Assembly: GCA_964057225.1 (NCBI GenBank)
Contig: OZ059899.1
Location: forward strand, 6,882,001 to 6,946,000
From: Auanema rhodensis
Taxonomy: Eukaryota > Animalia > Nematoda
Direction of reading: 5' to 3'
Length of the DNA: 64,000 bases
Below are positions 1-12,111 of this stretch, piece after piece. Position 1 is the first letter of the stretch, and each line of letters opens with the position of its first letter. The translations under genes were made by a program, and so were the position numbers. The notes beneath the pieces are model-generated. The model saw only the letters and a program-made list of their open reading frames with translations, had not been told where the DNA came from and ran no database searches.

Positions 1-108
1 TGTAAATTATATTCTTTTCTATTCACATTTGTCATATACGTTATCTTCTTTTATATTATAATATATTTAATAGATATTTTAATTATAATGAAATTATTAT
101 AGTTTAAA

Positions 109-706
109 ATGTTTGTTATATTATATACCTTCATTGGATTATGGCTCTATAGTTATACTATGCTGGTGGAAGGATGTGCAGCTACGAATCCTGGAGGTTC
201 CATAACAACAACAGCAAAACCTCCGGTAACAACTACTTTGGTTGCAACAGGTTGTCTAGATATCATATAATATTTAGTTGATTTATAATAAATTTAAGGA
301 TGTAGGGATTGTACATTAGATAATCCATCAATTATGCATATAAAGAAAGATGATGGAGCTAAAGATATTGAAATAGATGAAGTAAGCATAGGCGATGATG
401 GATGTGCGATAAGAACAATCACCTGTATAGGGACTGGACCTGGTAGTACCGTCCTTTTAGCTGTAAGTCTTTAAGATATGTATTTATGTAAACTATATCA
501 ATCTTATATATTTAATATATTATATACTATAAACTATTTAGTGGAATTCGGATGCTGCTGGTATAACAATGGGTGATAATGGAGCAAATACAGTTACTGA
601 TACACTTGTATGTAATGCTGAAGGAACTGCATGGGTTTTATTTCATAATTTTCATGGACCTGAAGAAAATCGTCCAATTAACCAAGTTGAATGTGTAGCA
701 TCATAA
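109..706 (+). CDS. Secreted C6/DUF281-type nematode cysteine-domain protein (3 exons)
   Basis: ATG at 109 with a hydrophobic signal peptide (MFVILYTFIGLWLYSYTMLVEG-CAAT), a Thr-rich linker, then C..C, DGCAIRTITC, LVCNAEGTAW and QVECVAS*. GT-AG introns start near 251 and 463; TAA ends at 706. Confidence 0.8.
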
Positions 707-1027
707 TATTATAATTAACATTCAAAATAATGTTGAATATATAAAAAAAAATATTCTACATTAATAATTATTTTATATTAATATTTATTTATTTTAACAA
801 ATGTGCTATAAGATTTTATTTGTATTTATTTATGTATTTTATTTAATTCAATTGAATACAGGTTATAAAGACTTTGCTTGTTCATGTAATATACAAATTT
901 TCCGCTTGGATGCTATTTCCGGCAGAATATAATTTTAGGTGAGCTATGAAATTGATTTACAACTAAGAGCAGTAATTTCTAAATACTATTCGCAAACACT
1001 ATATTAATCTTATTCGGTTTATAACAA

Positions 1028-4000
1028 ATGTCTTCTGGATCAAGATCCCGTTTTTTAAATCGGAACCGCGATTCTCATGCCGGTTCTATCTCACGAAGGT
1101 CAGGCGTACCTCTGGGGAAAGCACCAATTCCGAAACTTACTTCTGTGGTTAAGCAATCCAATGTACAAGTATTAGATCCTTACGGCAAGGTTAGATGAAA
1201 CTTAAGAAATTTTATTAAGTTATACCATGGTATTTGTAAACTTTAATTCGTTTATTTTTGAATTGAAACCGAATATAAATATAATTATTGGTCTCGTCTA
1301 ATGAATAATATTATAGTTGGAATCGTATGTAATAAGTGTATTTAACCGGGTTTTCGCTGGAAGTTTTATTAATATGCCTAAACCTTTAAGTAAATTGGTA
1401 AGAGTTTTTACAAGGTTCGTTTTATGAATGATGAATCATATATAATTAATTCGGACAAATATTCAAGTTCTACATTTACCGACACAACAATAGAACGCAA
1501 CGCACTTATGGAAGAAGTGTACCCTAAACTGAAAGAATACTGTCGGGAGACTTATGGACTTGATTTTCAGGTGAAAATGTGTAAATTAAATAAATGTTTT
1601 CATTAAAAATTAGTTCAGGTAGTCGATATGAGATGGGGAGTTCGTGATGAAGCTACAGACGATCATATGACTACAAAACTGTGTATTAATGAAATAGCAA
1701 ATTGTCAACGTTTATCTGTTGGAGCAAACTTTGTTGTATTTCTTAAAATTTTGCTTTTAGCTTTTATCAAAATATTCTTTAGGTGTTTTTATGTCAAAAA
1801 TATGGATATCGTCCAATTCCATCTGAAATATTAGGAACAGAAATGAGATTATTATTAGATATTTTGAAAGAAGATAATGAAGATACTTCTTTACTGGAAA
1901 CATGGTTAGATTCTACAGTTGAATATGGTTATGATATATCCAAAAGCTATTATCTCATTTTGAAAAACTATATCATAACAAGCGGTTGAATTATATGATT
2001 TTTAATTATTTTATGCTAATTTTTATTTTTCAGGTATATTGAAGATTTGAATGCAGTTCCATCATTATTTGTTCTTCAACCTATTAGTAGTATTCTTATT
2101 AATTTTAATAATAAGGTATGAATAATAATTATTCTTTCATTTATTATTTTTGCAGAGAATGCCAAAATTACAAGAAGAAGATGCTCAAAAATGGTGGGAA
2201 ATAGAAGAGAAAGTTCAGCTTCTTCTTCGTAAAGGAGCTCGAAGAGGGTTTCAAAAAGGCTTGTTAGAGCATGAAAACATGCATAACTACTTCATGTCTG
2301 GTATATAAATATCATATTTAAATATCTTTCACATTTATTTTACAGTTACTGAAAGAGAAGTAATTCATGGCATATTAAAGGCCAAAAATCCAAATGAGCA
2401 TTGTTTATGTTATATACGACATATAAATAATATATCTTTAACTCAAATTAAAACTGCCAGTAAATTCGTTGATATAACTCATAATCATGTGAGACTGATT
2501 TTCAAAAAATGGAAAAAAAAACCATAATTTGTATACAGATAAACGCGGAAGCTCAGAAATTGTTGACAAATCTTCGAGATGAGCGAGTACCATCTGTGTT
2601 AAGTTCTGAAAGAATTCGAAGATCAACTGTTGATTGGTTCGGAAGGTATCTAGCTAAAAATAATTTATATTCTATATTATATTTATATTCAGAGATGGAT
2701 TAGATGCCAATTATCATACGGATTATATTAAAAACTTTTGTACAGATTTTTATAAAAGTATAACATATATGGTGAGCATATAATTAAAATTGAAAAAGAA
2801 AAATTACATTTGTTGGTTGACAATGCAATGGAAAAACATGCAAAATTCCGTGATGCAATGTATACAGAAGTTCTTCAACATCTAAATAATGCATCTTATG
2901 TAAGGTAAACAAAATTATTATTATAGTTACTGAAAACTTAATTATTCACTTTTACCATATTTAGTGATATGTTTTTTGGACGTGAACAAGAACTTTCAAA
3001 AATAAGTTCTTATATCAAGTCAGATAGTAATCAACCTTTAATACTTTATGTAAGCTAAACTAAACATTAATTATATATAATATTGATTAAAGGGTGAAAA
3101 TGGGTGTGGAAAAACATCTTTATTGGGTAAATCAGCAACATTACTTAGACAATGGCAAAATAATAATGAAAATATGGTTATAATTATACGATTTCTTGGA
3201 ACATCTCCAGATAGTTCAAATATTACACAATTATTAACAAGTGTTTGTAATCAGGTATATTATATTTGATTATTATGATAAATAATTAATTCATATTAGA
3301 TTGCCTTTAACTATGATCGAAGTGAAATGAATAATGCTCCTACGGAGCTTTCGAAGCTTTTCCAACATTTCAAGAAAATCATGTCGTTAGCACGTGAACA
3401 AGCCCCTTTGATTATAATTTTTGATAGTATTGATTTGTTATCTAATATGGATGCAGCACATGAGCTTTTATGGTAAATGATTCAATTTAAATTAAAATTA
3501 AATATTGAATAGGTTACCACCTATACTTCCGGCTAATGTTAAATTTATTGCTTCTATCACAAGTTCATCAACGGATATAATGTATAAAATGCAACGATTA
3601 GTTGAAAATCGGAATCAATATCTACAAGTTCATAATTTGAGCAAGGTAATATTTAATTTTTAGAAATAATATTAATTTTAATTAATTTCAAGGATCTAGC
3701 GATTACTGTTATTAATAATTGGTTAAAAAAAGATAATAGAACATTATCAGACAGACAATGGGTAATTGTTAATAAAGCTGTAGAAAAATGTACATTACCA
3801 TTATTCATCAAACTTATTTACGCTACAGTAACTCGGTAACTTTGATTACGGTAACAGAAATCATACGGTAACTAGCATAGGTGGAAATCATATTCGAGAC
3901 TACAAGATACTGTATTATCATTATCAGTTCAAGAAAGTATTCATGCATTGTTTCAACGTACTGAAAACCAACATGGTTTGCTTATATTCAGAAAATTGTA

Positions 4001-7000
4001 ACTTTGATAGAATGTTTTAGGTAAATTACTGGTTGCTCATGCATTATCCTATATTACTGCTGCACGCTCTGGAATATCGGATTCAGAAGTAGAAGATTTG
4101 GTATTACCTGTGTTTTTACTTCGAAAAAATGTTTTTTTTTCAGATATCACTTGACGACAAGGTTCTCGATGATATCTATCAATATCATTTACCACCAATT
4201 CGACGTATTCCGCCACTGCTGTGGAGCAGAATTCGTGCAGACTTATCAGATTATTTAACTGAACGATCAGCAAGTGGAGGTGTTATAGTATTAAACTGGT
4301 AAATATTTCATAAATTATATTTACTTCATTGAGTTTTATAATAGGTATCATGCCCAATTTCGGTCTGCAGCTGTAGAACGTTATTTTAAGAATTTAAATC
4401 ATCTAGAACTTTGCCATACATATATGGCAGAATATTTTCTTGGTGTATGGGGTGGAATTCCAAAGCCATATCAGTATACAGAAATTCAAAAACAGAGGTA
4501 GATCATTAAAACAATTTATCTGATATTTAGATTTAGATTTGGAGTAACAGAAAATGAAGGATTAGCTGATCGCAAAGTTCCCAAACAACCAAATGTATTC
4601 TATTCAAAAGATGGGAATCATAGGCAAACCGTTTATTGAATCCAAAAAATATATAATTCACTTCAGATATAATACGAGAAAACTAAATGAGTTACCATAC
4701 CATCTACTAAGAGCGGGACGAATTGAAGAACTTTTAAATCTTTGTTTATTTAACTATGAATTTTTACAAGCTAAAGTATTAATACAGTACTATGATGTTC
4801 TGCATTAATATAAGTTTTCAGTTATGTAGCTTTCCATTGGCTTCAGTTTTTGCTGATTATGAAGATGCTATACACAAAATAAAAGAAAAAGAAATAATTC
4901 GTCAACTTCATTTAATTGTGGATGCATTGAAACTATCATCAAGTATTATAAGGTATATTTCTATTTAAAATATATTTAATGATGTAAAAATGATGTTTAG
5001 TCGTGATAGTTACATGTTAGCTTTCGAATTTTTGGGAAGACTTTTACCATTAGTACCCAGTAATCCACTTGTTCGAAATCTTCTTCTTCAATGTGATCAG
5101 TTATCACATACCTATAATGCTTTTCTGCCTGTTAATCATTGTTTTCATTCTCCTGGTGGACCACTGAAATATTCTCTTGAAGTATAACCAAATATTTTGT
5201 GAAATATAATATTATATGTTATAACATTATAGGAGCATATGTTTGCCGTATTTGGTATGAAGTTAACGTCAGATAGAAAGTTATTGGTTACATCATCAAA
5301 CCGTATTATTGTTTGGGATATTATAACTTGTATATTATATTTATTTATTTATAACATTACATAATATTTATATTTTAGCTGATTTAACTAGAACTGTCAA
5401 CCCCAACATTGATGGAATTTTCTTTGGTTTATCTATTTCATCAGATGATAAACATGCAGTATCCTTTACTAATAATAATCAGGTTCTAAACTTCAATCAC
5501 ATAAATTAGCTCAATAAGTTATAATTTTTAGATTATAGTAACATCTTTGATAACTGGTGAATTTATAAGCATTGAACCAAAAACAATGACAAATCAAATG
5601 GAAATTCAAAAGGTTGAACTTATTTATTGTAAATATGAAAAAGAAATATTTTAGATTGAGTTTACATACGATAAAAAAATTATTTTATGGACTTCCAACG
5701 AATATATGATCTATTCACTTCAAGGAGATATACTTGAAGAAGGAAGTTCAAAAGATAACATAAGAAAAGTCAGAATTTTCAAAGAAAAAAAAGTTGAATA
5801 ACATGTTATTTCAGAAAATTGTTAATGTGTTTCATTCTCAGAAGGCTTTACTCATCTTATCAACTTCTGGAGATAAAGATGATTGGAGTCTATCTTTAAC
5901 TGGGCAGTTTGAAAGTATGTCATTAAGTATTTTACTATAACTGCTTTTGTAATATCATCAGATCAAGATATCGAAAGCTTAGAAATTGAAGGAGCAGTAT
6001 CTTTCATTGATAGTACTTTTACAGTAGGCTTTCTATGTACTGCAGAAACTGATGGTAACTTTGTATTGGTTTCTATTAATCATTATTATATTTCTACAGA
6101 TGGAAAAGAAACATATAACTTTTCTAAAATAGTGTTAAAGAAGAATAAATATAGTATTGAGAATATAATTGCCTCCGGCATACAAGATAGAATTCATTCA
6201 ATTCAAATATTTGAATCCATGAGTTCAGTTGTTAATAGAGCATGTGTTGTAGCCATCACTATCGAGGTAAAATTATTACATATAATATATACAATATGTT
6301 TTGAATTTCAGAAATTTATGTTATATTCTTATGGAAAAAACACTTTAATTAATCTAAATTTACCTCTGAATATAAGAAATATTCCGATCAAGCCAAATCA
6401 TTCAACAACATTAATTACTTTTGCAGCTAATGATGCTATATTTGTAGCAGCTATTAGAAAACATTTATATTTCTATAGTGTGGAAAATAAACAGGTAAGA
6501 TATATTATTTTATTTTTTATATATAATATAAACAATGATATATTCAGCTACTACGAGCACTTGATGCACATTTTGGAAGAATACTCAATCTCCTAGCTGT
6601 GGGACAAGAAAGCAATACGCTTATTACTTCATCTCTAGATCATACAATAAAAGTAAATATTAACCGAAAATATGAATTAATGAGCTTTTTTAATTTTTGG
6701 ATATTTGCTGTACTGAACGGTTGTGTTCACTTTTATCTTATTTACCGTAATTTAATTTAATTTAATTTTTTAGATTTGGAACTTAGCTAATATATTCGAA
6801 AAATCTTTCTCTATTTCATTCATGGAGCAAAGTATTGAGAAGATACACGTGTCTAGTAAGAATCCACATTTGGCAGCCGTTCAAACACGAAAAACCGTAG
6901 GATTGTGGGATATCAGGTATTTCAATTGAAAGGTCAGTTAGAATCAGACAAATGAATATTATTATAGAAATCACCGATATATAACTTCTCTGATAAGAAA

Positions 7001-9507
7001 TATGCATGGATCTGTAATTTCTGATAGCTTAATGTCATCAGACAACCGCTATATCATAACAGTAGAAAATGATATGTTATTGTTATGGGATCTACGAACC
7101 CAATCTGTAGTACGCTCAGAGGAAGTTGCTAGTGTCTATCAAATATTTTTTGTGAACAAGGAACAGTATATAGGTGAGCATCTTATTTGAAAAACTGCTT
7201 CGAAACAGTAGAAGTGTTGATACAGTATGCTTCGGGATACTGTATCTTTCAGCATGAAAAACGGTATTAAGAAAAAAATTAAAACACTTGGCCGTACCGG
7301 GATTTGAACCCGGGACCTCTGGCACCCAAAATAAAAAAGTTACTACTAGACGATTTGGTAACGAATTCGTACACTGTGCATCTTCGGATCTTGTCTCGGA
7401 TAATCACGATGTTAGAAAAATACTTCTGTATCCAGAAAAAGGTAAAATTTTGGGCCGAACCGGGATTTGAACCCGGGACCTCTCGCACCCAAAGCGAGAA
7501 TCATACCCCTAGACCATTCGGCCACGAATTAGTACACTATCCATCTTCGGATGTTGTCTCGGATAATCACGCGATAAGAAAAATGCTTCTGTATCCAGAA
7601 AAAGGAAAAGATTTGGGCCGAACCGGGATTTGAACCCGGGACCTCTCGCACCCAAAGCGAGAATCATACCCCTAGACCATTCGGCCACAAATTGGTACGC
7701 TATCCATCTTCGGATCTTGTCTCGGATAATCACGATGTTAGAAAAATACTTCTGTATCCAGAAAAAGGTAAAATTTTGGGCCGAACCGGGATTTGAACCC
7801 GGGACCTCTCGCACCCAAAGCGAGAATCATACCCCTAGACCATTCGGCCACAAATTGGTACGCTATCCATCTTCGGATCTTGTCTCGGATAATCACGATG
7901 TTAGAAAAATACTTCTGTATCCAGAAAAAGGTAAAATTTTGGGCCGAACCGGGATTTGAACCCGGGACCTCTCGCACCCAAAGCGAGAATCATACCCCTA
8001 GACCATTCGGCCACAAATTTCATCCTTTCCTTATATGACATCCGATGGGTAATATCGCACACTAAATCTCAAAGATGTTGCAAGAAACATAGAAGTGACA
8101 CCTTTACTTATATTCAGTTTTCTTTCTATAGTAACGAATATTTCAAATATAACATATTCATTAAATACTTAACTTTGTATTAATTAAAGTACAAAGAAGA
8201 TAATACTTGTTTAGGAGTAATGTCTAAGCACATTGATACAACTGAGCAAAAACTAGCTACATGCAGCATATATACAATCACGGATTTTACAATGCATTAT
8301 CATTTTGATTTTCCTTGTAATAATTTTCGTGAAATAGTAATATTAAAGGTAATTTTTCAATTAATGATTAAACAAAATTGTTTAAAACTATAATCTTAGG
8401 ATGGTTGTACTGTAGCATTCGTAACTTTATTCAAAGGACACGATTATATCTCAGTTGCAAATTTAATTGAAAAGACACAAATTCATAAATTCAGGTTTTT
8501 CAAACTTAATTAAAAAATTACTTTCACTATAATTTACTGCTATAGACCAAGAGCACCTAAACGTCAAAAAGATGTATCAGTTCTTATGCTACGTACTGTA
8601 CCACACAGTTCTCATCATGTTTTTGCATTCTTTGTTGCTCAAGATGAAAATATTGTTTTTTAGATAATTGTACTTGAAAATGATAGTAAAGGAGCTATTT
8701 GGGATGTATTCACGAAACGATTTGTTCGAGCTTTGCCGGAGTTTAGCGGAAATGTTTCATCTGATGGAAAGATGGGATTATATGCTCCAGCTAAAGGGGG
8801 GCTATTTGTTAGATTTGAACTCATTTAAACGATTTATTCCTGAATCTATAGATCGTTGACATGAAAACTGGTTCAACAATAAGAACTTTAATTGGAAATG
8901 TGATGGAAGGTGTAAACGATGTAATAGCCACGTTTAGCCTCAATGGTAACCATGTCTTATATTATCACAGTGGACATAAATCTTTACGGTTGATAGGTGA
9001 TTGAGACTTTTCATTAAAAACATATTTTTAGTGTTTATCGTGTAATAGATGGAAAACATATAGGAACTTTACGTCCACATTCGACAATTTCAACCTGGAG
9101 TTATGATTCATCTGGATCAAACATTATTATTGGTAATTTAATTTCATATCTTTATCCTTATACGTATATATATATATATATATATTTAATTAAAATATGG
9201 TTAAGGTGGCCAAGATGGTTCATTGATTAGTGTTGTAATCATGGAACCCCAGCAGAAAGAGGACATTCTTAAGCGAATAGCTCAACTGCCATCTAGACGA
9301 CATCTTGCTGAGCATTTACAAATACCGGTGAATGCATCCCCAAACATTAATTTCATAACATTCATGAATATATTACAGTTCATTGAGCAAGTGTCTGATG
9401 ATGTATTTGATTTACGAAACTTAGGCGCAGTAACTGCAGCAGTTACAAGATTCAAGAGTCTTCTGAATGGTGGAGCGAGAAAGTCTCATGTTTGTTCACT
9501 ACAATAA
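1028..9507 (+). CDS. NACHT and WD40 domain protein (NWD2/QUI-1-like; DUF4062-NACHT-WD40), about 43 exons
   Basis: Spliced translation gives RVFTSSTFTDTTIERNALMEEVYPKLKEYC...VDMRWGVRDEATDDHM (DUF4062-type N-terminus), Walker A GENGCGKT (~3093-3116), IRFLGTSPDSS, Walker B LIIIFDSID, RKLNELPYHL and WD repeats (ITSSLDHTIKIWN). It ends ...RKSHVCSLQ* at 9507. Confidence 0.93.
7289..7360 (-). pseudogene. Degenerate tRNA-Pro copy at the edge of the tandem array
   Basis: Lies exactly one 163-bp period left of the first intact copy. The T-arm/B-box (ccgggatttgaacccggg) is intact; the anticodon stem, D-arm and acceptor stem are mutated. Confidence 0.85.
7452..7523 (-). tRNA. tRNA-Pro(UGG)
   Basis: Reverse complement reads GGCCGAATGGTCTAGGGGTATGATTCTCGCTTTGGGTGCGAGAGGTCCCGGGTTCAAATCCCGGTTCGGCCC. 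It folds as a cloverleaf with anticodon TGG and has T-runs (Pol III terminator) downstream. Confidence 0.97.
7615..7686 (-). tRNA. tRNA-Pro(UGG)
   Basis: Identical 72-nt tRNA body. Confidence 0.97.
7778..7849 (-). tRNA. tRNA-Pro(UGG)
   Basis: Identical 72-nt tRNA body. Confidence 0.97.
7941..8012 (-). tRNA. tRNA-Pro(UGG)
   Basis: Identical 72-nt tRNA body. Confidence 0.97.
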
Positions 9508-12030
9508 CCTTTTAATCAGATGTTTTCATTATCACTCTGTTTTTAAATAAAATTTGAATGAAAAACCATCTGTTTCATTTTCGAGATATTGTCATATTAT
9601 ATTAATTCTGCTGATTTTAATATTTCAAAATGAAGTTATAAGCCATTATACTTGATCAATGTCTTTTTCATTTTTGAAATTATTTTTCCTAAAATATAAA
9701 AAAAAATCTTGTAAAAATTTGTTAAATAGAATTGGATCTTTTCACTTGACACTTCTTCTATGGCATATTTGGACTAACATCACTTCATAATGTCATGTAC
9801 TATTTGTCCTCGATTTTACCGATAGTTCAAACATCAAATAAGGCAAAATTCAATAATGTTGCTGTTGGAAAAAGCTACCGGTTTGGTTGGTTACTGATGA
9901 TTTTTCAATTCAGACGAATAAAAACAATTTTTTCTCTTCCAAAAACTTCTACGCCGAAAAATCATTTATCTGAATCAAAACTAATGTATGTGTAATCGTT
10001 GTTAGATGACTGAGCATGTTGTAAAAAAGGGCAAAAAACAGACATATTATCAGAGCCGTAGAATCTTAACCGCTTTTTCCAAGTCAACAGGCATCAATTT
10101 CCTTATCTGCTCATTATCTGACCTTCTGAATTTGTCGGCTGACGAGTGCCCTCTTCTTCAAGGAAATGCACTGTCAGCTCTGTTGTGGTTATTGTCGTTT
10201 TCAATATCACCACCATCATCATCATTATCATCATCATCCTCATCCTTTTTCTCATCAGAATCAATCGTTCTCGTCAATGCCTTATTGGAAATTCCCATGT
10301 TTATTGATTGGTCTTCCACCCATCTTCCTATTATTTTTGTGTTTGGATACACAATCCATAAATGGATGGTAATAATGGATGATCGTGTCGTGCCTACATC
10401 ACTGATGGCCTCGGCCTCTTCTCCCCCATACCAGCCTACATTAGCGGAAAGCGCTGTTTCTTATATTCCATCTTAGTTTTTCGTCTTAATCATAGATGTT
10501 TTAAGAATGCTTTATCGTTTATTCAACAATTCAATTTCATAAGTGAAGTACTTAATGTGTTCAGTATGAAATTAAAAAAAAAGTAAAATTACTTAAAATC
10601 AGTTGAAGAACACATATTATGTCATGTGTTTGTACATATAATTCAAAAATACATAAAATATGTATAACTAATCTAAATAAATTATATAGTTAAAGCTTTT
10701 CTTCTTTCCCATAAAATACAATTTATGATTAATTGACAGAATTTTTAATAGTATTGTGTTGAATGGATGACATGAGAGTTAAGAGTTGACTTGAATGACC
10801 TTTGTTGTCCTCGAATACCAATCATTTATTAGCCTAAAGAGGTATATTGAACATGCAATACTAAAGAGAGTTGAGAGAAAAATAGTCAAAGAGAGGACCA
10901 CTGACAGTCTCGTCGTTCAACAACACTCCTCACCCAGTACCTCCTCACCTTGTATCTTAAAGTCTCTATCTCGTCTCGGCCTCCAGCCTATTTTGACTGT
11001 CGGCTGGCAGAGTCACAAGTCAAGGCGAGGCCATCCTGCTCAGGCCATCTATTCTGTAATTTTCTTCATGCCTCCTTCCTTTCATTATTGAAGGTTTACC
11101 ACTACCATCGGATCTCGTAGAATTATCCGAACACCGATTCATGCTTGTCTGACCTTCTTTTATATTCAATTCCATTTCATATATTCCCATGTTGTTTAGA
11201 ATATTGGCACTAGTATAGCTGTAAAGAGAACAAGAATTCCATCTATTTCAACGTTTTTCTACTTTTCTTTCTAAATGATGAAAATCTGCAAGTGTTTTCA
11301 TTTCACCGTGTTCCCTTTCCTGTCAATGGTTCAGATGAAAGTTTTGATTACAAAGAACTACTGATCCCTTTATGGTTTACAAGATCTTTCTAAAAAACAT
11401 CTACGTGATTAGTCTCAAGAAATATTCTCATCTTCTTCGATCTGTAGCAAAAGATGAGAGAAGGGACCATACCCAATCTCATGACATCTAGAAATCACCT
11501 CGTCAATACCTTTATCCAATTTGACAAGGACGCGATCACATCCAGATCTTGCCGCATCATAACTCTCCAACCTGAGACGATATTGTTCCTACTAAGTTTC
11601 TATATTTTGTCTGTTGTTATTATATACTTATGTTGTTTATGCGAAGAATTGTCAAATGTGTTTCTGTCAGTCATTTCCTTTTCATATGAATTTTATTTTC
11701 ACTACCACTACTCATATTCAAATATCTAAGGCTTCTTGAAGTACGATCAATTATAACCGGAATCTCCATCCGGTTTACCGAATATCTCGAACCTGAAATC
11801 ATGTTCAGGTTTTAGCTAAAAGTAATTTTTAAATATTGGTATTAGAACGCTTGACTTACTGACGGAACGATTGTTCATTCAAAATCTATGATTTTATCAT
11901 TTTTATCATGTAAAATCATTTATCATATCATCATGTCTCAAATTAGCCTCCGTCAATTGTTCAACCGGAAAACCTGTTTGTCTGCACATATACAGTACAG
12001 TTAAATTCGAAGAGAATTCAGAAATAAACA

Positions 12031-12111
12031 GATAGAGAGAGATGAGGAGAAGTTCAAAGAGAGAGAGGGGCAGACAGACAGAGAGAGTGAGAAAGAGGGA
12101 GGGAGAGAGAG
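12031..12111. repeat. Imperfect (GA)n purine-rich microsatellite upstream of the innexin
   Basis: gagagaga/gacagaca runs seen directly. Confidence 0.8.

Larger units (their letters stand above)
7289..8020 (-). repeat. 163-bp tandem repeat (72-nt tRNA-Pro plus 91-nt spacer), about 4.5 units, within intron 7174-8214 of the NACHT-WD gene
   Basis: tRNA copies begin at 7289, 7452, 7615, 7778 and 7941. Spacers are near-identical (catcttcggatcttgtctcggataatcacgatgttagaaaaatacttctgtatccagaaaaagg). Confidence 0.97.

Noticed and set aside
7279-8183. Overlapping ORFs on both strands and a CRISPR-like repeat appearance
   Set aside because: The ORFs are translations of the tRNA tandem repeat. The spacers are near-identical rather than unique, the repeat is a tRNA, and the DNA is eukaryotic with no cas genes.
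10006-10476. 156-aa plus-strand ORF and antisense Asp-rich ORF
   Set aside because: Produced by (TCA)n low-complexity sequence; no domain and no convincing splice chain.
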